Of a DNA stretch of 64,000 bases, positions 1 to 12,175 are shown piece by piece. The notes below the pieces were generated by a model. The model worked only from the letters and a program-made list of their open reading frames with translations. It made no database searches and was not told the origin of the DNA. Source of the stretch: Negaprion brevirostris (lineage: Eukaryota). The stretch covers positions 46,592,949 to 46,656,948 of the forward strand of contig JARDVH010000110.1 in NCBI GenBank assembly GCA_030324005.1, given 5' to 3'. The translations under genes were made by a program, and so were the position numbers. How positions within the stretch are numbered: the first letter of the stretch is position 1; each line of letters begins with the position of its first letter.

Positions 1-505
1 ATCTCACCTCATTCTTCTAAACTCCAGTCAATATAATTCTAACTTATTCAATCCCTCCTTATATGTCAGTCTGTCATCCCAGGAATCAGTCTGGTAAAGC
101 TTCTCTCGCTCCCTCCCATCCTTCCTCAGATAAGGAGACTAAAACTGCACACAATATGCCAGGTGTGGCGTCATTACTGTCCTATATAATTGCAGCAAGA
201 CATCCCTGCCCCTGTATTCAAATATTCTCACTGTAAAGGCTAAGGTACCCTTTGCCTTCTTTATCGCCTGGTGCACCTGCATGCTGACCTTCAGCGAACA
301 CCCAGGTCTCGTTGCACATTTCCCTCTCGTAATTTATAGCCATTCAGATAATAATCTGTCTTCCTGCTTTTGCTACCAAAGTGGATAATCTCACATTTAC
401 TCATGGTATACTGCCATGCATTTGCCCACTTGCTCAGCTTGTCCAAATGACACTGAAGCATCCCTGAATCCTCCTCACAGCTCACCATCCTACCCAGCTT
501 TGTGT
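1..505 (-). mobile_element. CR1 LINE fragment (ORF2 region downstream of the RT core), decayed
   Basis: Minus-strand translation LQCHLDKLSKWANAWQ..KCEIIHFGSKSRKTDYYLNG..VQRDLGV is typical CR1 ORF2. Confidence 0.9.
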
Positions 506-1390
506 CATTAGATTCAAACGCAGTCCAGTCAACCTTTAGTTTAAGAGAAACAATAATTAGGAATAGAATTTGTGAAAATAGAAAAACCTTCAGAATTGTC
601 AGAATTCCAGAACTCCTCTGTAAGCAACCTTAAATAATGTTGCAACTGAAGAAGACAAAATCTCATAAGTGCCTCAAGAAAGACTTTTGCACAATTGCCA
701 GAATTGCTGAACAAAGTTGGTTGACAGTAGAAATTCCAAGTAAATTTCGCAATCTACAGCACAATGCATTGTGATTTACACAGAATGGTTTTCAGTTATA
801 GTAGGTGTCTTATGCACTGATCCAAACTATTCAGTCATGTAAATCCAGATTTCCTAACTGGCATTACTTTGAAGATGGGCCCATTCATTTTTAAGTAGGT
901 TACTGTAATACAAAAATAACACCAATTACCTTTTGAATTCTGTATCTGTGCTGGGGATTTTTTTTCTCTGTTTCCCATGAAGCCAGGACAATGTGAGCAA
1001 GCAAAATGACTCATGCTGATTTCATTGGACTGAGAAGGGGAAAATAAAGAGCAATCTTATATTTCAGTTCACTTTCGCTAAACATAAACCAATGTATTTG
1101 TAGCAAGCATATTTTAAATACATGATTTTATTTTCAATAAAAGTGTAAAAGAAATTCTTTGACACTTTCAGTTGTGCAGTTAACAAGCATGCAATTAAAT
1201 CGTGTACTGATATCACATGTGGCAGTTTCTCTTACACCCAGTAAACTTAACAGTGACTCATGTGCTCCAATGTTGTCTGGATGAATAAATATAAACATTT
1301 AGTGCTGGCAATCATAGTGAACAAATGCTTAATACATGAATTTTGCTCTCCACTATTTGCATTATTGAGATGGGTTAATGGTTGCATGAA

Positions 1391-1696
1391 GTTTTAAGTT
1401 TATTTATTAGTGTCACAAGTAGGCTTACATTAACACTGCAATGCAGTTATTACAAAAATCCCCTAGTCGACACACTCTGGCACCCGTTGAGGTACACTGA
1501 GGGAGAACTTAGCACGTACAATTCACCTAACCGGTACATCTTTCGGACTGTGGGATGAAACCGGAGCACCCGAGGAAAACCACGCAGACACAGGAACAAT
1601 GTGCAGACTTCCCACAGACAGTGATCCAAGCCAGAATTGAGCCTAGGTCCCTGGTGCTATGAGGCCACAGGCTAATCTCTGTGTCACCGTGCCACC
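1391..1696 (-). mobile_element. tRNA-derived V-SINE (HE1-like head and core), tail type B
   Basis: Reverse complement has a GGTGGCACGGTGACACAG head, the V-core and a tail ending GTAAGCCTACTTGTGACACTAATAAATAAAC. Confidence 0.85.
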
Positions 1697-2604
1697 AAAA
1701 GGTGCAAAATGCCACACAAATGTCATATTCAATAATTACCATCAGTAATTTCTATCCTGAGTGGTGTTATCAAAGGACACTTTTAGCCCTCAATTTTCTT
1801 ACTTTTATCTGTAGTTATGTTAATATTATGTAAAATGATTGAGGAAATTTGCATTTCTAAGCATGACATGCCATCCTTCATTGCCCTCTCAGGACAGAGG
1901 GTGCTTGTATATCGTTCTTCAGCCATTACCTCCTTCAGTGCTGGTCTCCTGCACCCAACAGTCCCATCAATGCCAGCTTGCTAGATTTTTTTAAATCTGG
2001 TAGGAGAATAAAGATGGTGGAAAACATACATTAATCACCTCAGTTGGTTGTCAAAAGGTTTTGGAATGATGAAAGGTGAATAAAATACTGTCACTCCAAA
2101 GTAGAATGAAACCAAGTGGAATATAAATTACAAGATTGATGTTAAAATTGGGAAGATAAGTAAGCTCGAAATCATTAATGTACAGCTGCAGAGCTGTGAA
2201 ACAATAGAAAGAGCTCCTTTGCAATATGCTCACAGTCAAATTGAGGGGAGATTACCAATTTTTCAAGAACAAAACTATTTGTTGCAAATAATATTGGATT
2301 AAAGTCAAGAATTAATGTCAGTGAAATACAGCAGGCAAGTCTTTAATTTTTGAAAAAAAACTTTGTGGACTTGACTATCCCTGGTGTGAGGAGCCAAGTT
2401 CATTTCACTGCGTTACAAGGTGTTGTACCACATTTTCTAATAAATGCAGCATACACTTACCATTTGGTCAGAAGCCAATAACCTATTTTTCAGCTGTTTT
2501 GATTCAATCAGGGCCACCAAAGGTATGGGAAATGTTTGCATCTCATTCAGATATAAAAATTAAATTGGAATTGAGAAACTTCAAAATAAGTTCCTGCCCC
2601 ATAA

Positions 2605-3300
2605 TGTGAATGTGAAATTATATGTTAACGTTTTTGTTTTTGTCTTTTTATTCCGCAGGTATCGGTCCACCTTGTTGTCAAACAAGGGGCATGCACATGA
2701 TGGGTTGTGCGTGGGCTGCTCTTGGAGGTTCCGGGAGTGGCCTAGTAACGTCGTGTCGGTGTGTGTGTGCTTAATCCTGCACCAGTAGACAGGCGCCGCA
2801 ACAGCTCAGTGACTATCACTGCTAGCTGTGCAGATACATGGATTTGGGCCAGTGTCTGTGGGAGTTTGCGCANNNNNNNNNNNNNNNNNNNNNNNNNNNN
2901 NNNNNNNNNNNNNNNNNNNNNNNNNNNNNNNNNNNNNNNNNNNNNNNNNNNNNNNNNNNNNNNNNNNNNNNNGTAGGAGGATGCGGCGGCGCGGGCTCGT
3001 TGGGCCGAAGGGCCTGTTTCCCGTGCTGGGCTGTTCTTTGTTCTTTGTATGTGAAGGAGGCAATTTTCAGAAGCAAATTCATACACTAAATCTTACAGAA
3101 CGAATCTAACAAGAATCGGGATACACACTCCAGTGACCATAGCACAGCTCCTCCAGAAGGGTCCAGGCTGCAAAACCATTGCAAAACTAATGACCTGCTC
3201 TGTGATGGTTCACATGGCAGCATAGCTCTCATTGTATTCATGCTGGCCATGTGAAGTTGGGTTGAAAAGTAGGGTTACAAACCAAGCCTATGTTGCAACA
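2605..3300. mobile_element. Unclassified TG...CA element, copy 1 (possible solo LTR), interrupted by a gap and a CR1 tail
   Basis: Colinear homology with the reverse complement of 30748-32403; starts TGTGAATG; hairpins at 2670-2687 and 3209-3255. Confidence 0.6.
2973..3048 (+). mobile_element. Young CR1 3' tail
   Basis: GGGCCGAAGGGCCTGTTTCCCGTGCTG followed by (TTCTTTG)n terminal repeat; CpGs retained. Confidence 0.8.
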
Positions 3301-3960
3301 TAATGATTCTTAGGTTCAATGTGGTGATTGAAAGACTGAAGGACTAGTGGATTACTTCAGAATGAAAACTCACCAATTGCACAGTCAACAAGTGGTAATC
3401 TTTGAAGCTGCAGTACATTCAAGTATTGAGATGTTATGTCTGGAAAGCTACATGTGCGCAGTCAATGATATCATACATCAGGGAAGCCAAATGCATGCCC
3501 CACCTGTCTTCCATGGTGAAAACAATGAACTTCCCATGTCTGGGCTTAAAAATTGTCTCTCAAATAGGACATTCAGTGAAATTTGTCCATGCCAGTGCTT
3601 ATGTTCTACTCAAGTTTGAATAGGATGCAGCAATTTAGACCATGTATTTATGTGGGTGTCATTATCATTTAGGACAATGACCAGAATGGTCAACACTTGC
3701 TTTTCTCACTATAAGTCGCAACAATCCAATGTCAGCCAAACCTCAGGAAAGAGAATATGGCCTTGGAAATAACGCAGCACAAATTGACCAAAGTGACAGC
3801 AGGATAAATTTTGAGCAGAGCTTTGCATGAATTTGACTCGTAGTCTTTTGACTTTGTATGGTGGAGAGCAACCTAATAAAGGTGTTTAAATGATAAAGGG
3901 ATTGGATTGGATGAATACAGAGAAACCGATGGGGAATCTAGAACAGGAAGGATAATCAGT

Positions 3961-4072
3961 ATGGTGGCACAGCGGTTAGCACTGCTCCCTCACAGCACCA
4001 GGGATCTGGGTTTGATTCCTGCCTTGGGTCACTGTCTGCCTGGAGTCTGCTTGTTCTCCCTGTGTCTTCATG
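3961..4072 (+). mobile_element. V-SINE 5' head, truncated
   Basis: GGTGGCACAGCGGTTAGCACTGCT (A box) and GGGTTTGATTCC (B box). Confidence 0.8.
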
Positions 4073-4980
4073 CTGGAAGATACCAATGGGATGCCAGAGC
4101 TTCAGGAGAATCAAGGGACACAGGTGAGTGTACTAGTCATTGCTGAGGTGACTGTTCTGGGGAAATTGAAAGGTCCGAAGGTGGATAAGTCACCTGCATC
4201 AGATGGAATACACCCCAAGGTTCTAAAAGAGATAGCTGAGGAAACTGTGGAGGCATTGCTGGTGATCTTTCAGGAATCACTGGAGGCAGGGAGGTTCCCA
4301 GAGGACTGGAAAATGGCTAATATAACACTGCTGTTCAAGAAGGGAGGGAAGCAGCAGACAGGAATTTACGGGCCAGTTAGCCTGACTTCGGTCATTGACA
4401 AGATTTTAGAGTCCATTATTAAGAATGAAATCGCGGAGTACTCGAAAGTACATGATAAAATAGGACTGAGTCTGCACGGCTTCGCAAAGGGGCGGTCATG
4501 TCTGACAAATCTGTTTGAGTTCTTTGATGAGGTAACAGATAAAGGAGAACCAGTGGACCTGATTTATTTAGATTTCCAAAAAGCCTTTGACAAGATGCTG
4601 CATAGAAGACTATTAAATAAGAGCCCAATGTGTTAAGCCTGGCATGGATAGAGGATTGGTTGACTGACAGTAGGCAGAGAGGGGGGATAAAGTGGTCTCT
4701 CTCAGGATGGCGGCTGGCAATTAGTAGTGCGCTCAAGGGTCGGTGCTGGGACTACAACTTCTCACAGTACACAGTAACGATTTGGAAGAAGGAACTCAGG
4801 GCACTGTTGCTAAGTTTGCAGATGATACAAAGATATGTAGAGGGACAGATAGTATTGAGGAAGCAGGGGGCTGCAGGAGGATTTGGACAGATTAGGAGAA
4901 TGGGAAAGGAGTGGCAGTTGGAATACAATGTGGAAAAGTTGAGGTTATGCACTTTGGAAGGAGGAATGGAGGCATAGACA
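4073..4980 (+). mobile_element. CR1 LINE reverse transcriptase fragment with frameshifts
   Basis: KSPASDGIHPKVLKE..FPEDWKMANITLLFKKG..PVSLTSV..GRSCLTNLFEFF..IYLDFQKAFDK, then KFADDTK at about 4812. Confidence 0.95.
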
Positions 4981-5390
4981 CCTCATTTTTAGGTATGCCT
5001 GGTGTTGCACCTGGCGTGCCCTCCTGCATCTTCACTGAACCAGGATTGACCGACTGGCTTGGTGATGACCAATGGGGGGGTGGGGGGGATATGTGGNNNN
5101 NNNNNNCCCAAAGGGGGCACCATAAAGTTAAAGATTGCAATTGAATACAATTCTGCTGCTGCTGATGACCCACAGCACCTTATGTATGTCCAGTCTTGAG
5201 TTGCTAGATCTGTTCAAGGTCTGTCCTATTTCGCACAATGGTAATGCCACACAACACAATAGGGGGTATCCTCAATGTGAAGACAGGACTTGACCTCCAC
5301 TCGGACTGTGTGGTTGTCATTCCTACTGAGACAGTCATGGACAGGTATATCTGCAGTAGACAGGTTTTTGAGGATGAATCGAGTATGAGG
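4981..5390 (-). mobile_element. Fragment of a second LINE family (CR1/L2 group), probably the endonuclease region
   Basis: Resembles a common shark LINE from recall; probably the family whose 3' ends lie at 10430-10835 and 24520-24862. Confidence 0.55.
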
Positions 5391-5887
5391 AATTATGAGA
5401 GAAAGAGCACGAGTCTTGACAGGAAGAGTGCTTTCTGGGTGATGTAGTCCACTCGTGTACCCTCATGTGTAGACATCAGCCCCTAAAGAACTACAGGAGT
5501 GAAGGTGGCAGAGTGGAACTGGAGGACCAGTGCAAGCGGTAGGTGTAGCAACAGCGAGGCCAGGAACAACTGAAGGATTAGACAGGGCCTGGAGGAAACA
5601 CACCTTGCCAAAAAAGCAAAAAGGTTCTATTAGTTAGCTCTACTGCTTGACAATTTTTAATGACCATTTTTATTAATTACTATTGTTGTTTATGTTTCCT
5701 GCATACTTACGCTTTTTATAAAATTCCTGTTTAAATTTATGCCAGACCAGATCTCAGGCAGCTGCTGTTGGGTTTCTTGCTGAAGAGCAATGAGGGATTC
5801 ACAAAATGTTTGATTGCTTTCTGAACGGCTGGCAAAAAGGGTAATATTTGCTTAAGTAGATACAGGGAATGTTACAAATATTCCACC

Positions 5888-6153
5888 TGGCTTACATCAA
5901 AATTGCAATGATGTTACTGTGGAAATCCTTAGTCACCACACACCAATACCTGTTTAGGTACACTGAGGGAGAATTTAGCACGACCAATGCACCTAATCAG
6001 CACATCTTTGGACTATGCGAGGAGACCAGAGCATCCAGAAGAAACCCACAGAGAGAACATGCAAACTCCACAGGGACAGTGACCCAAGGAGGGAATCAAA
6101 CCCAGGGCCCTGACATGTAAGGTAGCAATGCTAACCACTGTGCCACCATGCCA
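5888..6153 (-). mobile_element. V-SINE, tail type B
   Basis: Same head, core and tail as 1391-1696. Confidence 0.85.
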
Positions 6154-8142
6154 CACTAGCTTCAATACACAATGAGAAAATATTTATCATTCGATGCAAA
6201 GCATAATTTTTCTCTGAACTAAGCTCAGTGTGGATAGAAATAGCACATTATTGAAGGTGAATTGGTTGGTGCTAATTTACAGGAAGATTTTGTCATTTTT
6301 AAAGTTGGAAATGAAAGCACCATTCGAGTATGTCACTGCTAGTGTAAGGTATTCTCATTTGTACAGGGGGATTGTTGTTTGCGGTGCTTGACATTCAAGT
6401 TTTTTGAATGATGCTCTGCAGACACTTCAGAGGGCACCCAATATTATTCAATTATACTGGTCCCTCTCAGCTACATTCATGTTGAGATGCCCTCTCAATC
6501 CTTGGGCTGCCTCAATAGTGCCCACCTCCCAATGGAGCTGCCAAGGCTCAAAAGCAGGCAACCTTCTAACTGAACCAACGGCATCTCCATCCCACCTAAC
6601 TTCCTTAATAGAATGATCAGTTTTGGTGTGCCAGTTAAGAAGCCATCTCAGGACACATTGCTGTGCCAGTCTTGCTCCTGCCATGTGTGCACGGGAGGTT
6701 CCCCACTTGGTCTGACGTCGGGGTCCAGTAGGCTGCATTAAAATCCTGCTCAGCATCTCTGAGCTGAAAGATTGGAATAGAAAGCTCTGCCTTCACGATT
6801 ATGAAGTTCGGTGAAATGTTGTTTACTATAATAGAAGCATGCTAAAGCAACCAATACACAATCACTCCCATGTGGCAATTAAATGCCCCAGCTTTTGGCC
6901 TCAGTGGGCAGTTAAGCAAAGTCAGATGTTCACATTAGCCTGGCATAAACAACTTTATTTGAATCCCTAACCAGATCTAGCCTAGAAAAACTGCCAGCAC
7001 ATGTGTCAGGTTAGTATTTCATTACTTTCTTGTGCTTGAGCCGAGTTGGGAGCAATGTTCAGTATAGATGTCAAGGAATCCCAACCCAAACTGGAGGCTG
7101 ACAAGTATAAGCGGAGGGGGAGAAGTAATGGATGCCAATTTAAGCAGTAGATAAATCACATTCCTTAAACCATCAGGCTGGCTAATCTTGTAGGCTCATC
7201 CTAACATTTGCTTTTCTTTATATAACTTACTGAGTGCCCTAATTAATTCTGAGTTATGGAACATATTAATTAAGGGCAAAAGAAAAGTTACAACATTTCT
7301 GTGCTGGCTGTTTACTAGAACAGTTCACAGCTAATTCCACTGCCCCACTTTCGCCTCAAAGCCTTGTAACTTCCTCAGTTTCAAACTTTGCTTCGAAGAC
7401 GCAACGGTGCTGACTTTAACTAAAGAGAAAATAGCTGAAGCTGCAATATCCGACTGTTGTGAATGCAAAAACAGCCTGTACCGTTTATTTCTTTTCTCAG
7501 TCCCAAGTTCAGCTGGGAGTCTAACTGTGATGTGCAGTGGCTCCAGAGAATATCAGAGTAGCACATTCGCACCGTTGTAAAGTTTGAGGCATTTTATCCC
7601 ATGGTCTCAGTTTAAGTTTTGAAATGCTGATTCTCAGCTGATGCTGGCAGCACTGAGTGATTAACACTAGGACATGGAGCAGCTGGAAGCCACGTCCAGG
7701 GACTGGAGCTGGGGAGGGAGAAAGGGGACAGACAGGTAGATGGATGGGAATCGGAGGGGAGAGCTTCAGGCCCAGGAGGCTCGATGAGCGGTTGAAGGAG
7801 CACCTCTGCACCTGAGCCTGCTCCAGTGTTTCATCTCTCAAAGCGAATTCCTCTCAATTTTCTCCACGAATTCTGATATGTGGTGCTGCAGGAGGGCATG
7901 GAGTAGCTCTACGAAGGCCTGGCATCTCCCCTTCGATCCTCTTCTGCTTCCAAATCTAACAGCATTGAGCAGTCCAAGTGACAAATCTATCAGTATCAGA
8001 AAAGGGAACTGAGGGAAAAATTTTTAAAAAGTAACAATCAAAACAGTAAGTGGCTCTTTCATGTTTAATTGTAATAATTGAATTGGTTGCCCCTCCATCT
8101 TGCCAATTAACTGGAAGGTAGCAAAAAATGAATAGAGCCAAC

Positions 8143-8248
8143 AGCTGGAATTTTACCGACACACCCGCCTGGATTCCGGGGTGGGTGAAGCTCAGACAAT
8201 GGCATTCTCACACGAACCTCGGGCGGACATGCTGGTAAAATTCTACCC
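8143..8248. mobile_element. Harbinger-type MITE
   Basis: 14-bp TIRs AGCTGGAATTTTAC / GTAAAATTCTACCC; perfect 3-bp TSD AAC (8140-8142, 8249-8251). Confidence 0.8.
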
Positions 8249-8282
8249 AACCATTTCAAGCCTGGATGACCTTGGTGCTCCG

Positions 8283-8318
8283 CTACTCTGATGAAGGGTC
8301 ATCTAGACTCGAAACGTT
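8283..8318 (+). ncRNA. Minimal hammerhead ribozyme motif in a Penelope-type terminal repeat (truncated by a gap)
   Basis: CTGATGA (8288-8294), stem II GGGTC/GACTC, then GAAA and CGTT. Confidence 0.7.
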
Positions 8319-9348
8319 NNNNNNNNNNNNNNNNNNNNNNNNNNNNNNNNNNNNNNNNNNNNNNNNNNNNNNNNNNNNNNNNNNNNNNNNNNNNNNNNNN
8401 NNNNNNNNNNNNNNNNNNNNNNNNNNNNNNNNNNNNNNNNNNNNNNNNNNNNNNNNNNNNNNNNNNNNNNNNNNNNNNNNNNNNNNNNNNNNNNNNNNNN
8501 NNNNNNNNNNNNNNNNNNNNNNNNNNNNNNNNNNNNNNNNNNNNNNNNNNNNNNNNNNNNNNNNNNNNNNNNNNNNNNNNNNNNNNNNNNNNNNNNNNNN
8601 NNNNNNNNNNNNNNNNNNNNNNNNNNNNNNNNNNNNNNNNNNNNNNNNNNNNNNNNNNNNNNNNNNNNNNNNNNNNNNNNNNNNNNNNNNNNNNNNNNNN
8701 NNNNNNNNNNNNNNNNNNNNNNNNNNNNNNNNNNNNNNNNNNNNNNNNNNNNNNNNNNNNNNNNNNNNNNNNNNNNNNNNNNNNNNNNNNNNNNNNNNNN
8801 NNNNNNNNNNNNNNNNNNNNNNNNNNNNNNNNNNNNNNNNNNNNNNNNNNNNNNNNGGATTAGAACTCAAAAGGATGAAAATAATTTTGGATTTGTATGA
8901 CACCTTAGTTAGTTTGTGAGACTGTGTACAATGCTGCTCTCCATACTATAAAAATATGATTGATCCAATGGACAAAGTGTATAAAATGTTTACAGGATCT
9001 TAAAAGAATCGAGAAGCTACAAGTAACAGATGAAAGCATTTTGGATGCTTTTTCTTTGATAAAGACATTGATCTGAATTTTCATCATCGAGGCAGGAAAC
9101 AAAGCCAGAGCTGTTTTGGGTCAGAAATCTAACTCCACTGGGAAGATTTTCACAGGGGTGAGTTTGTAATTGATATGGGGACAGGTTTCCTGTCCACTTT
9201 GAATCACCGGGATGGGAATGGAAGTGGATGAGATGAATTATGGGGCTCATTTGGACACTCACAGAAGCCTTCACTAAGGCTGTGGTTGCCCTGAGGAAGA
9301 GATTTGCAGTTTGTGCCAAAGGCTTCCTCTTCACCAGAGGAAAGTGAA

Positions 9349-9500
9349 ATGTCACAGGAGAGTTGGAGGTCTGACACCCGGGACAAGCCAGTCACTCACT
9401 TCATCAATGCTGACTTTGAACCAAAGTTAAAGGTTGTGAGGAAGAGAAGGAAGGTCCTCTTCCTGGAGGCTGGGAGGAGGAAATCACCTCATGGTGCAGA
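9349..9500 (+). pseudogene. Harbinger Myb/SANT-like DNA-binding protein, N-terminal remnant
   Basis: HFINADFEPKLKVVRKRRKVLFLEAGRRK resembles the RF.D..LE.L...V..R..VLF motif of Harbinger ORF2. Confidence 0.6.
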
Positions 9501-9599
9501 TTGGACATTCCTCTGTCCAGTGTCATGTCCCTCCATTTCCTCCCTTAGCTCCTGCTTCTTGCCTGATGTGCTGTCCCATTCCTGGGCTTCACCATCCTC

Positions 9600-10420
9600 A
9601 GGTTTTCAGGAGGCTATCTGGAGGGCTATGTGATGGAGAGCACAGTAGATTAGCACAATGATCACGATTTTTGCAATAGGTTTTCTGAGCATCCTCTCCA
9701 GCCAGCCCAAGCACAGAATTCCCATCTTCAGAATCTTCAGAAGCCTGATGGCTTACCCATTGCTGAGCAAGTGTCATTGGTTGCATTTTCACAGTATCTC
9801 TGTCCATGGCTCCCACAGGGGGATGTCTCCACGAACTTTTGGATTTGGAGAGAAGTTCTGAGGCAGCCTATGTCTGTAAAGAATGAAGGAGTTATGGAAG
9901 CTGCCAGGAGAGTGAGTACACACAAGAGGAAGCTTTTGTTGTGATCACAGACCTGTTGAACATTAAGGGAATAGAAGCCCATTCTATTGATGCTTCTAAA
10001 TAGCAAGTCACTCGGTGCCTTGATGGCCACATGGGTACAACTGATGATACCCTGTACGTGGGGGAATCCAGTGATGGCATTGAAACCCAATGCCCTTCTG
10101 TCCCTGTGAGAGTGCATCTGTCATGAAATGAATGTGCTGATCAGCTCTGGTAGAAAGTACATCTGTAACCGAAGAGTTGCAGTGCTATTCAATGCTTTAT
10201 GAAATGCCGCTAAGGTCTGCAATCGATCCTTGGAAGGAGCAAGAAGTGAAGATGTTGAAGGCCACAGTGAGGTTCAGAGCATCAAACAGGACATGGCAAT
10301 CAAGGCTGCAGGGTCCAAGGTCTTCAGTGATGAGGGCACAGACGACTATGACCATCTGCTGGAGAATCCCAGTCTTCTACAGCACTGCTGTTTCAATTCA
10401 GTTATGGAGTATGGGTATTG
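9600..10420 (-). pseudogene. Harbinger DDE transposase remnant (HARBI1-like)
   Basis: GFNAITGFPHVQGIISCTHVAIKAP..INRMGFYSLNVQQVCDH. Confidence 0.9.
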
Positions 10421-10429
10421 CTAACTAGA

Positions 10430-10835
10430 CAAACATTTATTGCTCATCGCTAATTGCCCACCTTCTTGAATTGCTGCAGCCCCTGAAGTGTAGATATACT
10501 ACAGTGCTGTTAGGGAGGGAGTTCCAAGATTTTGACCCAGTGACAGTGAAAGAACAACAATACATTTCCAAGTCATGTTGGGAAGTGACTTGGTGTGGAA
10601 CTTCCAAGTGGTGGTTTTCCGAGGTTATCTGCTGCTTTTGTCCTTCTATATGGTAGTGGTCATGGATTTGGAAGGTGCTGCTTAAAGAACGTTGGTAGGT
10701 TCCTGCAGTGCGTCTTGTTGACATTGGAGGAATCAGTGATGGTAATGACATTGAATGTCGACAGGCAATGTTTAGATTCTCTCTTGTTTGAGGTGATCAC
10801 TGTTTGACATTTGTGTGTCATGAATGTTACTTACC
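10430..10835 (-). mobile_element. LINE 3' end (CR1/L2 group) nested in Harbinger A
   Basis: SFTVTGSKSWNSLPNSTV motif; homologous to 24520-24862. Confidence 0.8.
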
Positions 10836-10839
10836 TCGT

Positions 10840-10942
10840 GAGCTTTAACAAAGGGTCATCTGGACTCAAAACATCAGCTCTTTTCTTTCCTTACAGATGC
10901 TGCCGAACCTGCTGAGATTTTCCAACATTTTCTCTTTTGGTT
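10840..10942 (+). repeat. Penelope-type terminal repeat with decayed hammerhead core
   Basis: GAGCT-TTAACAA-AGGGTCATCTGGACTC-AAAA..AGCTC, then CAGATGCTGCC..CCTGCTGAGATTTTCCA. Confidence 0.7.
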
Positions 10943-12175
10943 ACTTACCTTTTATCAGCCCCAAGTCCATCTCATGTAGTTCCACCTTCAGTGGCAGATC
11001 CTGTGCTGAAGGTACACATCTTTTCTTTCTCTTCTGTGTCCTCTTGATACTCAGGATTCTGTCCTTCCAGCTAAAGGTGTTCCCCCATTTCTACAAGGGC
11101 CCAAAATCAAAGTATTGTGCCCCCACTGCTAGCTGAAGCCTTCTGAGCAATAGCTATGACAAAAATTGTCCTTGGCTGTCTTGCCCCTTACTCCTCTGCC
11201 CCTGTGACGCTGAGTGGAATGCCGACAATGTTCAAATACCAGACACTGTGCCCAATCTCCCTGCCATCACTGCAACACCAAGGGCCCTTACCAAGTTCCC
11301 ATTTGTCCCTTTGAGCCTCTTATGAGGCTGTGGGACAAAGGGAATGACTGGCTCCATCCTTGGTCCTAACCTCCCTTCGGGTAATCTGTTTTTGAAGATG
11401 TGGGCCCTGAAAAACTTTGAATTTGACCCTAAAAAGCTCTTAACGAACTTTTCAAGTGCTAATTGACCTTAATTGAGAGGAGGCCAGGATTCCAGACTTG
11501 ACAGCCCCAACCTGCACCCACCCACCCAACATCCCCCCCTCCTCCTCCCCACCCCAAACCAACCAGCCTGGTGATTATTGCCAATGCCAGGGTCACAGCC
11601 TCAAAATTGACCCACTTCCCTGTGCTAGTACTTGTGGGGCCCCATACCTCTGTTGCTGCCTTCAGGGAGGGCCCAGAAAATCAGCCCATACCTGGAGACC
11701 TGACAGCAACCTTTAAACTTTGGAGCAGTTTGAGCAAGCGGATGTAAAAAAATTGTTTACATTCCAAGACAGAAGACATCTGTGTAAGATAATCACTAAA
11801 TAAATGAAAACTTAGGCTGAATTTTTATATGCTGTGGTAAGAACTTGGAACTTGCTGTTGCATAGAGTCATTGAAGCAGGTAGCATTATGTATTTAAGGA
11901 TAGGTTTGATGCATATATAAAAGAGAAGTGACAAGACAGATAGGAAGTCATGTAGGAATACATAACTAAAGAGGGTGAGGCATGAATATTTCAATATGAT
12001 TCCATCAATGGTCCACAGCAATAAAGATAATACCTTTAAACATATTAAATTTAAGAAAAGCTTACAATTTTTGGATTTAGGCTAAGTTCTTCAGCAAGTT
12101 TCATTTGAATTCTGCTGGTTTGTTTCAAGTCCAAACCCATTTTTGTAACAGTGGGTTAGAAGGTTCAGTTAAGTT

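Larger units (their letters stand above)
9110..11716. mobile_element. PIF/Harbinger transposon relic A
   Basis: Convergent Myb/SANT remnant (+) and DDE transposase remnant (-); GC-rich subterminal regions. Confidence 0.8.
8858..12020 (+). mobile_element. Old CR1 3' portion split by a Harbinger insertion (CR1 at about 8858-9085 and 11717-12020)
   Basis: GLELKRMKIILDLYDTLV-like CR1 motif before the insertion; CR1 C-terminal and tail-like sequence resumes after 11717. Confidence 0.65.

Noticed and set aside
2659-2788. Shared peptide LL(S/T)NKGH..D..C.GCSW in both copies of the TG...CA element
   Set aside because: The phase after the acceptor-like site differs between copies and an antisense frame is similarly conserved, so coding function is unsupported.
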